A stretch of 64,000 nt of DNA, from contig SMSO01000031.1 of NCBI GenBank assembly GCA_004764695.1, positions 1,526,436-1,590,435 on the forward strand. Direction: 5' to 3'. The notes under the pieces are model-generated. The model ran no database searches. It had not been told where the DNA came from and worked only from the letters and a program-made list of their open reading frames with translations. Shown here piece by piece: positions 11,192 through 21,100 of this stretch. Both the position numbers and the translations under genes were made by a program. Every line of letters begins with the position of its first letter. Position 1 is the stretch's first letter. Origin of the DNA: Schizochytrium sp. TIO01. Taxonomy: Eukaryota; Protista; Bigyra: Labyrinthulomycetes.

Positions 11192-14100
11192 ATGGCGTAC
11201 CTGCTAGAATGCGATGGAGAGTCTGCTGTGAAGATTGCGATTTCCACAGCTTCAAGAACCATTGGTGGTCAACAAGATGAACTCGACGAAGTCCGTCGAG
11301 ACATTTTGGGCACTTCAGAAGGTCATAAAAGACGTCAAGAACAACACCAGCACGGGAAAGAAACCGTTGAAGGGTCTGAAGAGGTTCTTGGTCCTGACGA
11401 AAAACCACAATGGGAATATGAAAGTCCCGGGGAGAATGGCCAAAGCTATTTTGGACCCTTGCCGACTCGCAATAGAGCCGAGGGACAAACCCCTAAGATT
11501 CTCTACAATGCTGCAAACTGGCAACTGCTTGAAAAGGCAACCCAAGAGGCAGAGGTGATCTTAAAACGCGTGAAAGACTACCTTGGAGTAGATTCACAAA
11601 TCCCGCTCACGGCCTTGCAAGCTTTTGCTGCCGCTACCCCTCCTGAGTTCTTTCGAGCGCTCATCAACCGAATCAATCATGATGGGGTTAAAGTTTCCTT
11701 CAAAATGTTGGTCGGGTTTCTCAGGGTGGAGCTCCTGCTTCGTTTCTACCGTATATCTGCAGAGGATTTCAGACGTTTTCGCCGATATCATCAGGATACC
11801 CCAGACAGGTTCCATCACCAAATGTTCTGTAGTGAAATGGACAGTCTTCAGGATGACACAAGTCTTCTGCAACCCCAAAATCTAGAGGCGAATGACTCTA
11901 ATGAAAATCTTCTCTCCGCCATGGCTCGCATGCAGATGGACTCAAGTGAACACTGGCGTAAATTATTCTTTGTCCGGAATTGCACCTGGACGGTTCTTGA
12001 CTACGACATTGTTCCGGCATTGCCCAATTCACAAAAGAGCCGTGTTGAAGGCTCAAAACTGAAACAGCAACACGAGTTTGATCGAGCACACCTGGTGACA
12101 AGCGCAGCCTCCCAACTTATATTGTGTGGCAACTTAATTCCACCCAGCTCTTCCGGAGATGTAATGGCCTCAATAGAAAGTGTTTTGGCGTCTCTAGGCG
12201 AGGGAAGTGAGACATCAACCTCTGATTGCAACTCGCTAGAGCCGTTATCACATGGCTCTGAGCCTCGGGCTTTCCCAGTCACCTTCATCGACCACAGTTT
12301 TTTTGATTTTCTACGGGAGACGGAGCCTAATCTCACACCTCACGTTCTTATGAAGCAACTGGCCTCACAAAAGATAAAGGTCATTGGTACTATTGGTGAC
12401 ACTGGCAAAGCTTTTCCCTTTGAGGAGTCAGACAGTTTTCCTGTAAGTGCCACACTGCAAGAAAACAAACCTGTGATTGCATCACATGGTCAAGCCGCAT
12501 CTTTCCAAGCTTACGACTCTAACTCAACGCAATCAGCATATTTGGTTCGACTTAAGCAGCATGGCACGAGACGACTTTATACATCGTTACCTCTATTTCA
12601 AACAAATGACTGGGTCTTTGAGGCAAACGGTGTTCACATGAACAGTCCTTCCATCCCACGACTGCCCCATCAATCACCCATGGATAGTCTATCTCACACA
12701 GTGGACTCCGACGAGGAGAGATGGGACCGTATGCTTGCAGAGGTCAGAGAGCGCGTGTACATTATGGCCAGCTCTAAAGGCTCGGAAGACTGGCAACTTG
12801 CCGAGAAGTTCCGTGCCACAGAGCTGGTAACGTTTGCAATTATTAATTGTTTGAAAGCAGACTTTTTGAGTGATCCGAATCTTCAAGATTTGCACATTTG
12901 TGCCAAAAAGGCAGCATGTCTGCATTCAACAGTTGAGGTAGGTACCGACAGCAGGTTGGTAGAGAAGGTGAACAACAACAAGAGCACTGGGGAGGAGCCT
13001 TTGCATGACTCCATAGATGAAGCCACTGCTCCGCAGGTTGTCTCTAAAAGCACCAAAGCAGCACCGAGTTACTGGACCGACCGAGGGAGCCTTTGGACAA
13101 AGGCCAAGCTAATTGACGAAGCAAATCGACTTAACATTGTGCCTGCTGATGATTTCGACAAACTTACAAAGAAGCAGCTAGCGGTCATTCTTGCAACTTA
13201 CTACAAAGACCATGAGGATGCCATGAGTGACAAAGAGTCACCAAGCACCACAACCGAAGCAATGGGATCGAAGAAACGAGCGCGATCGTCGCGCGCAGCA
13301 TTAGAACAGTATTCCGAAAGGCGCACAAGGAAGCAAGCCCGAACTCAAACGGATGAAGAATTAGATCAAGGCGTCGATATTACCGAAGGCTCCAATGAAC
13401 AGGGTGGTGTCACAAAGCCTGGAGCAAATAACGAGGAGTTTCTCCCTGATTCTTTACAGGGTCGTCAGAAGTCCTTCCTTCGTCATCTTGTCCCTTGCTG
13501 GTTCCCTGAAAAGCGGGATATAAAAGGTGACTTTCAGAGCGACTCTTTTGATATGGGTAGACTTGTTAACTTTCTGCAGCAATGCCAAAGTTATCCAAAG
13601 TATCATTGCCATGCAGTGCATGATGGTGGTTTGATGATTCGCCGTGACGTTAAGTTCATGGCAAGCTCAGTCGACAAAATCGCAATTCTCTCTCGGGAAG
13701 TTTCTTCAGATGATTCACCAACCCATTTTGTTGTGCCCATCCATGTTCATGATGTGATAAACGAAAAAGCATTAAAATCTATTAAGGCCAGCGCTCAGAA
13801 ATATGGCGCTGTTTCTGAGACAAGGGCTGAGGAATCCTCTTTTGAAAACCTTATCAGCAACCCCCAGACACGAACTCAAATATTGCATCAGGCATCTCTA
13901 CTAGATGTAGACTACAGTATGCTTATGTTGACTGCAGGTGGTACAATACAGCAAGTTGTTCTCGTAGAGGTTCCCACGTCGACTCGCCTGTCCTGGCTGG
14001 ATCTCTTGCGTAGACTGCAAGTCGAGTACATGAATTTTGCCTATGAAGAGGATAATAGTCCTCATGAAGAACGTTCGTGTCCACCTTTGGTCCAGAGGTC

Positions 14101-15082
14101 AGGGGTATTGGCTAGTTCTCCCATCTACGGGTATGCAAGAGACCACTACACTATAGACCAACAACTGCAGCTCTGGCTCGCGCACCAAGCAGATGTCATT
14201 AAAAATGGCACACCACCCCCATGTCAGACGTTTTTGCCGCTTATTGCCCACGCCTGGAACAAAGTTATTGGGGGTGCTGATGAGACACGCAAGTCTCTTG
14301 TCATCAGCCGATCATATTCGCACTTGGCAGGAAAGGATTCTCATCGCTGGATAATAACGTTGGGATATATCATATACAATGCCTATCGTATATATCAGTT
14401 GCAGAACGTACCTTCTCATGCTGGGCCTACTCCACATGTTGGAAATCCGGTAAGCACCTTTGATGGTTTCCTGGATGAACTTCATGAATCGCTCAATGAA
14501 GCCGGGCTTCACCATTTGTTTCCAGAGCTGCGAAAAGACATTGACGGGGTAGTTCCGTCTATTCCAGCCAGTGTGAATGAGGCAATAGATTCGCTTCGGG
14601 TTGGAGAATCAGAAGTCCTGGATACTAGTTCTGACAAAGCTGTGCAGACATTACCAGGAGTTCCAGTACCCCCTGAAGTACAGAACGACCCTGGTACAGA
14701 GGTAGCTTTGCCTGGCGGGTCCACCAGCGACGAGGTGGTGGCTCCAGGGGGGCGCAAGTATAAAAAGATTCTTGAATACAACTCTAATTCGGCACTTCGA
14801 CAGATGCGCCTCGATAAATCACTTAAACATCACCGCCTTCAGTGGACTGCCTCGAGTAAAGGTGGCACAGCTCAACGAAGATGTATTCTGTGTTGTAAGG
14901 ACTGCCGACAGCATAAACCGCACAAGGATCGCAACCCGCGTGTTACGAGTTTCTACTGCTCAGTTTGCAAAGTAAGCTTGTGTCGAAAAGTCTGTTTCGA
15001 TGAATTTCACCGTTTAGAGAAACTGACTATTCTCCCATGCCAAGGGGGGCCTGCAGCGACCTCCAAGCAGAGCGCCCCGTAA
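11192..15082 (+). CDS. piggyBac-like (DDD) transposase-derived protein with internal YqaJ/lambda-exonuclease-like domain and C-terminal Cys-rich zinc ribbon
   Basis: Intact ORF of about 1296 aa from ATG 11192. piggyBac-like motifs in order: WTVLDYD (D1), TFIDHSFF (D2), KIKVIGTI, AWNKVIGGAD (cf. YNxxMGGVD, D3), WIITLGYIIYNAYRIY (cf. NAYILY). C-terminal RRCILC...TSFYCSVCKVSLC...CFDEFH matches the piggyBac Cys-rich domain pattern. Confidence 0.7.
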   Translation: MAYLLECDGESAVKIAISTASRTIGGQQDELDEVRRDILGTSEGHKRRQEQHQHGKETVEGSEEVLGPDEKPQWEYESPGENGQSYFGPLPTRNRAEGQTPKILYNAANWQLLEKATQEAEVILKRVKDYLGVDSQIPLTALQAFAAATPPEFFRALINRINHDGVKVSFKMLVGFLRVELLLRFYRISAEDFRRFRRYHQDTPDRFHHQMFCSEMDSLQDDTSLLQPQNLEANDSNENLLSAMARMQMDSSEHWRKLFFVRNCTWTVLDYDIVPALPNSQKSRVEGSKLKQQHEFDRAHLVTSAASQLILCGNLIPPSSSGDVMASIESVLASLGEGSETSTSDCNSLEPLSHGSEPRAFPVTFIDHSFFDFLRETEPNLTPHVLMKQLASQKIKVIGTIGDTGKAFPFEESDSFPVSATLQENKPVIASHGQAASFQAYDSNSTQSAYLVRLKQHGTRRLYTSLPLFQTNDWVFEANGVHMNSPSIPRLPHQSPMDSLSHTVDSDEERWDRMLAEVRERVYIMASSKGSEDWQLAEKFRATELVTFAIINCLKADFLSDPNLQDLHICAKKAACLHSTVEVGTDSRLVEKVNNNKSTGEEPLHDSIDEATAPQVVSKSTKAAPSYWTDRGSLWTKAKLIDEANRLNIVPADDFDKLTKKQLAVILATYYKDHEDAMSDKESPSTTTEAMGSKKRARSSRAALEQYSERRTRKQARTQTDEELDQGVDITEGSNEQGGVTKPGANNEEFLPDSLQGRQKSFLRHLVPCWFPEKRDIKGDFQSDSFDMGRLVNFLQQCQSYPKYHCHAVHDGGLMIRRDVKFMASSVDKIAILSREVSSDDSPTHFVVPIHVHDVINEKALKSIKASAQKYGAVSETRAEESSFENLISNPQTRTQILHQASLLDVDYSMLMLTAGGTIQQVVLVEVPTSTRLSWLDLLRRLQVEYMNFAYEEDNSPHEERSCPPLVQRSGVLASSPIYGYARDHYTIDQQLQLWLAHQADVIKNGTPPPCQTFLPLIAHAWNKVIGGADETRKSLVISRSYSHLAGKDSHRWIITLGYIIYNAYRIYQLQNVPSHAGPTPHVGNPVSTFDGFLDELHESLNEAGLHHLFPELRKDIDGVVPSIPASVNEAIDSLRVGESEVLDTSSDKAVQTLPGVPVPPEVQNDPGTEVALPGGSTSDEVVAPGGRKYKKILEYNSNSALRQMRLDKSLKHHRLQWTASSKGGTAQRRCILCCKDCRQHKPHKDRNPRVTSFYCSVCKVSLCRKVCFDEFHRLEKLTILPCQGGPAATSKQSAP

Positions 15083-15529
15083 TTATTTCCGCAATAAGGC
15101 CGGTCCCACTTTCACTTAATAGATGGCCTTTCTTCTCATTAAAAGTAACGTTCTATAAAGACACTACCATGGTTGGTAGATCCAGTAATGATGATTCCTT
15201 CTCTCGAATGTCCAGAACCTTTTCCGAATAGTATTAACCCAAGCTAAACCAGTACTAATTTTTCCAAAATAATTGACCGTGTTCTATATTAATTTGATCT
15301 TCTGTTTTCCTCTGCACACCACATCGGAAATTGTAGTAATATCTTTTGAAAGAAGAAAACGGACGAATCAAGGAATAAAATTTAAAATTTGTTATAGACG
15401 TACAGCTAGAAATTGTACAACAACAACAATAACAACAGAAATGATCACCTACTTGAATTCCACCCCTTCTACACTTGTTTAAGTAATAAAAATAGACAAT
15501 GTCGAATTGCACGTATTCTCTTCAAGGGT

Positions 15530-17326
15530 CTAAGCCTGCTCGGCGGTCAATGCTGCAAGCTCCTCTTGAGCGACTTTCTCACGGCGACTGGAATGACGCG
15601 TGGTTGAACTTGGTTCACGAATGTAGCGCTGCAGGAATGTCAACAGAATTGGTGAGAAGAGCGTCACAAAGGTGATGATGAACCACATGAACTGTGGATG
15701 GCTCTCGCGTACAGGAGGGCATTCTGCAAGCAAGTCTTGGCAAGACTCGCCAGCTGCTATAAGCGATTGTGGGCAGTATTTGCAAGTTGCATCACATTGG
15801 CCAGCGTAGGGAGCGGCACACTCAAGGCAAAAGGTACTTGCACAAGTTGCGGCACCTGCCTTGATCCATTCTTGGCAGTGGGTCGCACCAGGAGTGCAGA
15901 GTGGTGTAAAAGGACAGTAATGTTGCAGAAGATAACCGGACATGTACCCGGCAGGAAGTTTTGACAAAAAGAGTGGAGCATTCGCCAATGCCATGAATAC
16001 AGCCTCCTTCCCTTCTGGTGCCACAGACACCTGGTAATCAAGGAAACGTGGACTCCAAAGCGCCTCGCCGAGTGAAAGCTGCAGAACAAACATCATGGCT
16101 GCCCATAAGCCATTTGAGAAACTAAGGTAGAGTGCACTAAGTGCAGAGATGTAAGCACCCACGACAATTACATTAAAAGCATCCATGTGGGCCGTAGATG
16201 CAGTCAAAAGAGGAACCACGCTTATGATCACAACAGGATTAATTGCAAAAATCATGCCTTTGTTTACAGCATCGCCGTGAATGCGCACCAAATATTTAGG
16301 TAAGGTAGCATCCAAGTGACGAAACACACTGCGCAAATTCACCATGATGAGAGAGAATGAAAAAAAACGAAGGAATGACTTATCGCGGAAGAGCGTGACA
16401 ATTCCATGCAAACTGCTCTCGGAGTTGCCATGCTCAGACGAAGATCCCTTGCGAAGCTGAGGACTGTGTAGCCCGAAAGTGGAAAGAACAACACCGAGTA
16501 CACTAGCTAGCGCACAAGAGAGCATGATCATCCTGTTGCCAGTCATGAATGATGGGGTCCAAGGCGATGGCTTCCATGCGATGCCAAAGTAATCAATTAA
16601 AATACCAGTAAACACACCACCTGCATTCATCATGACATAGAACATGCCAAAGGCAAAACCCCTGGTTTCATCATTTGTAAGCCGTCTGACAGCAACAGCC
16701 ATCACCGGGATACCAAGGGCGTCCGACAGTGGAAGCAAGATATACAGGTTTAACTTGATGATGGAAAGTGACGTAGTCATTGCCATAGAAATTCTCGACA
16801 AGACTGCGAGAGCGAAACCAAGCTGCAAGCTTGACCGTACTCCCAGCATGTCTACATATTTACCCAGAATCATTCCATAAATGGATATGGCAGCACCATA
16901 TATGCCGTACATGGTGCCAGCATCTTTATCGTTCAAGTGAAACTCCTCTGTGAGAAATATGGTCACGAGCTGGCTCACGGTGAAGTAGCCAAATGCGTTC
17001 AGCAGCTTGCAGATAAGCACTACAAGAAGCTCGGGAGATTCACGCTGCAATTTTTTCAAATTGTACCACACGGAAGCAGATTTTGTGGTGCTGTGCTCAG
17101 GTTTCGGATAGTGCTTTCGTGAGTTGTTGCGCAACATATCCTCCACCTCGGCAGCCGCAGCGTTTGCATCCTCCCTAGAAGTGTGGAAACCACCCAGGGT
17201 GCGAGGACGACGCATCCTAGGCAAAGAACTTGACGATAGAGTGCCCTCGCGAGCGCCAAACAGCGCCCTAACCGAGAGCCTGGCAAAACTTGCGTTGCCA
17301 AACTGCACAGCTAATCGGGATGGCAA
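15530..17326 (-). CDS. Major facilitator superfamily transporter (POT/PTR-like); true start uncertain
   Basis: About 12 hydrophobic segments. MFS motif A-like GKYVDMLGVRSSL, RGFAFGMFYVMMNAGG, HLDATLPKYLVR, SLGEALWSPR, APEGKEAVFMALANAPLFLSKLP. Confidence 0.85.
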   Translation of the reverse strand: MPSRLAVQFGNASFARLSVRALFGAREGTLSSSSLPRMRRPRTLGGFHTSREDANAAAAEVEDMLRNNSRKHYPKPEHSTTKSASVWYNLKKLQRESPELLVVLICKLLNAFGYFTVSQLVTIFLTEEFHLNDKDAGTMYGIYGAAISIYGMILGKYVDMLGVRSSLQLGFALAVLSRISMAMTTSLSIIKLNLYILLPLSDALGIPVMAVAVRRLTNDETRGFAFGMFYVMMNAGGVFTGILIDYFGIAWKPSPWTPSFMTGNRMIMLSCALASVLGVVLSTFGLHSPQLRKGSSSEHGNSESSLHGIVTLFRDKSFLRFFSFSLIMVNLRSVFRHLDATLPKYLVRIHGDAVNKGMIFAINPVVIISVVPLLTASTAHMDAFNVIVVGAYISALSALYLSFSNGLWAAMMFVLQLSLGEALWSPRFLDYQVSVAPEGKEAVFMALANAPLFLSKLPAGYMSGYLLQHYCPFTPLCTPGATHCQEWIKAGAATCASTFCLECAAPYAGQCDATCKYCPQSLIAAGESCQDLLAECPPVRESHPQFMWFIITFVTLFSPILLTFLQRYIREPSSTTRHSSRREKVAQEELAALTAEQA

Positions 17327-18170
17327 AGTCCCAACGGGGAGTGTAATCGGGTCATTAATAAATTAGACCTATTTGATATAACACACAATTTATAAGTCTT
17401 TTAGTCAACGGCTCCTGAGGCGTTCAAGCTTTTTTTAATGAACCATTGAGTATCTACCTACCTACTGGGGAGGGAGGGACCAGAGAGTAGCCACTTCGAG
17501 ATTGAATACAAAAAGTAGGCCTATATAGTTTTAAACACGTACGGGGTAGGAGCCACATAGCGTGCCAGCATTATTCGTTCTGTGGAAGCAGCTCTAGAAC
17601 TTAAGGTTGGTTTGTTCTTTCTGGGTGCAGAGGGTCCATCGTTACATTTTTGTTACCGATGTCTACATCAAGAGAGCGCTGCCACGTCGAGTCGAAATCA
17701 AATACTCTTGTTTTCCTTTGTAACCTTGAATATGATCTTCCGGATTTCCTATAACTTTAGATAGTGTCCGCACTGTAATTTTTGGAAATTATTTTTCCAG
17801 TTCTGCTTTAGTGCACTTCACATTATCATTTAGGGACTTGAAGTTGTTATTAACAACGTGCTTTGCTAACCTGCAAACAAGCACAAGGGCAAGAGCTTAG
17901 CCACTCGGGTGTTGCTTGAAGAGCTGAAAAGAGTTCGCGTTCAATATTTGTACCGAAAAGAGCGAGAGACGAGCGCCGTTGCGAGCCAAGAAGGAGAGTG
18001 CCGCGGGCAGGGTTCATGCCGTTCGTGAGGTGGCCAACGAAAGCATTCGTGCAATACTGCGCACTCGTACGAGTCTAAGTTGCGCCTCAAAACTCTGTGT
18101 TAGAAAAATTTGCAATTTTTAGATAAGGTGGACTCTCCGGCCATCGCGAAGGATACCTAGGTTGAGGCTG

Positions 18171-21100
18171 ATGGGGAGAGAGGGGGATGGGGCAGCATCG
18201 CATGAGTCATCAAAGCCGTACGAAGAAGCGAGGGAGGCTCTTATTAGACGAATGGCAACAATTGATGGGGAGCATAGCCTGCAAGAATTTGTAGCATTAC
18301 TCACAAGCGCCCAGGGGGTGGGGGCGCTAGTACATAATGCTAGATCACGAGGTCCTCCCCTTCGAGTTGTTTTATACCTTCGATCTTTGCAAGATGGCGC
18401 TGCAATCTCGCCAAGAAACTTAGGAGATAGCATCAATGTTCCACAGTTAGTTATTTCACAAAAAACGGCATGGCTCCCCTGCAGAAATTCAAAGCAGCAA
18501 GACCTTACGTGTATTTCTCTGGCTGATATCAAGGGTATTGTTGTTGGACGCCACACAAAAGATTTTCAGCGTACAGGCCGATACTTACGAGGAATTGGTG
18601 AGCCGCTCCTTGATATGGAGGATCTAGATTCAAGGTGTTTCTCTATAATCATATCCAAGACAACAGTGGACAGTAAAGATGTAGATAATAATACTACATC
18701 TATGGATATTGAGATCCCATTGAGTCAAGGGGGACCAGCACGGAGGGATCGTCTTGTGCTGGGACTTTCAACCTACGTCGGGGTAGACATTCTCAGAGAG
18801 CCCCCAGAGTATTTGACCTCATCAATGCACAAACCAGGATTCACGGAGCATCTTCACCGAATTATGTATGGAAGACTCATGACTGTTTTCCTTGCTACTT
18901 GTATATTTGCTTCTGTAACAATCATGGCGTGTTTATCCCCACTTCTTGAAGTTGATCCTGATCTAATGGTGCAATATGCCTCTGAGGTAGAAATAGCGAA
19001 TTCCTTAAACACATGCATTCGTTGGGTGTTTACATTCGAAGCAATTTCAAAAATTGTCAGCTTTGAAAGCATTACTTTCTATTTGCGGGATCCGTGGAAT
19101 GCGCTAGATTTTGTGGTTGTGGTTGGTGACTGGCTAAGCGATGCCGTTGCCCTTTTGTCAGTGTCCTCAAGTGGCGACGGGGTGAGCTTTACAGCACTCC
19201 GTGCGTTGCGCGCACTCAGAGTGTTACGAACCTTTAAAATGCTTGAAGGCATTCGCGAGATCGTGGATACCTTTATCCGGACATTAGTTGCTGTAGTGCA
19301 AGGTATCATGATCTATTTCTACTTTGTCGGAATTTTTGCGGTGTGTGCTTTCGAATTCTGGCAGTCATCATTAAATGCAAAGTGCATGTTGCCGAGCGGG
19401 GCAGCAATTGTCCCAGCTCTATACTGTCGACTAGACTTTGCAGATAATTCAACATGTCCAGCCCCGGCAACATGTCAAGGCATAAGTACAGTTTCCAAGG
19501 GTCAGGGCTTCCATGATTTTGGAAACGCCCTAACAACCATGTACAGCATGTCGGTTCGGGCAGGAATTGGGTCATACGTTCACAATCTCCTCTCTGTATC
19601 ACCTTCACCAGTCGCTTCGTTTTTTACAATAGCATTTTTTATAATATTCAGCCTATTTGTCAGCGGCATGGTGTTTGCGACCTTTATTGCTATCATTCGC
19701 CACACTTTTGCCACAACAAGAAGACATGCGATTGAACGAAGACGTCGATTAACAGTAACTCGGCAGCGGCAGTCTGCGATTGTTGCCCCTGCTGATATGA
19801 CAAGAAGAAGGACGCGAGCAAGCCAAGCTTTTCAGTCCTTGCGAGATTTGCCCAAACAACACCTAAAGCGACGTCCACCTCTTATACCCTTGGCTGGAGC
19901 AATTGTGGACTCTCCTTTTTTCGAGGGATTCGTGAGCTTCGTTATTCTCCTAAATTGTGTCTCGTTCGCATTTGGATATTACGGACAACCTACTGCGGAG
20001 GCTGATGTTCTTGATACTATTGAAATTAGTTTCACATGTATATTTGCAGGGGAATTGATAATAAAAGTTCTTGGACTCGGCGGGTTTCGAGCATACTGTG
20101 CTAGCCCATGGAATGTCTTTGATTTTATTATTGTGGTCAGCTCTCTTGTTGGTGTTTTTGCCGAATCATTTGTGAATCTCTCCTTGCTTCGGTTGCTACG
20201 GCTGCTACGTGTTGTTAGACTTTTGCGACGGAATCCAGATATTGTGCGAATTCTTTCGGCTCTTCTCAGTTCATTCCCTCAATTAGGCAATCTAGTTCTT
20301 TTTTGTGGTTTAGTGTTTAGTGTCTTTGCAATCATGGGGATGCAGCTTTACGGAGCTAAACTAGGCTTGCCTTCTGAGGAAGAACTCGTAAATAGTACAT
20401 TTGCGGCGGTGTATCGTCCACCACGAGCAAACTTTGATACCTTTCCTAACGCATTACTAAGCCTCTTTCAAATGATGACGGGAGGTGCACAGTGGGCAAT
20501 CTACTACAATATTCTTGCTAGTAGCATGGCTACCTCAGCCCCGTTCTTTTTCCTTACTTTTGGCGTGTTTTCAACCTTTATCATTCTTAATTTCATGGTC
20601 GTGATCATCATGAGCAATTTCGCCCTCTCAGCAGAAGCTCTTCGCAAACTTCGTGCTGACAGAGAAGATGTGGCGTTACGCGCGATTTCTCTACGAGAGA
20701 AACAACAAGCAAAGAGCTTACATAATATAAAAGCAGCTGAAAAGGTTTGGATCAATAGTCCACTTCAGGACGATGACATTTCTGAGAAAATAGAAAACAA
20801 GAATGTTTTTGGCGAAGCACTGGATCATCAAAATTCAAAAGGATGTTGGGATACTCTTATTGCACGATGGGTACCTGAGACGCGTCGAGACTTTGCGCTG
20901 CTCTTACTCCCGCCCGAATCCGTGTTTCGACTGAAGATGCAAATGTTCAGTGAGCACGTTATTCTGCAGGGAACAGTGCTGTTTGCAGTAGCTGCAAGTA
21001 GTGTTCTCCTGACTCTCGAGGCACCTGAGACGCAAGATTCACTTGGAAGCTCAATGTTAAAGATGATTGCTGCTATGGATATTGTTTTCCTCGTGGTATT

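Noticed and set aside
8770-15245. TTAACCC words (near 8777 and 15234) as possible piggyBac ends
   Set aside because: Both are in the same orientation, with no matching GGGTTAA right end or extended inverted repeat around the transposase-like ORF.
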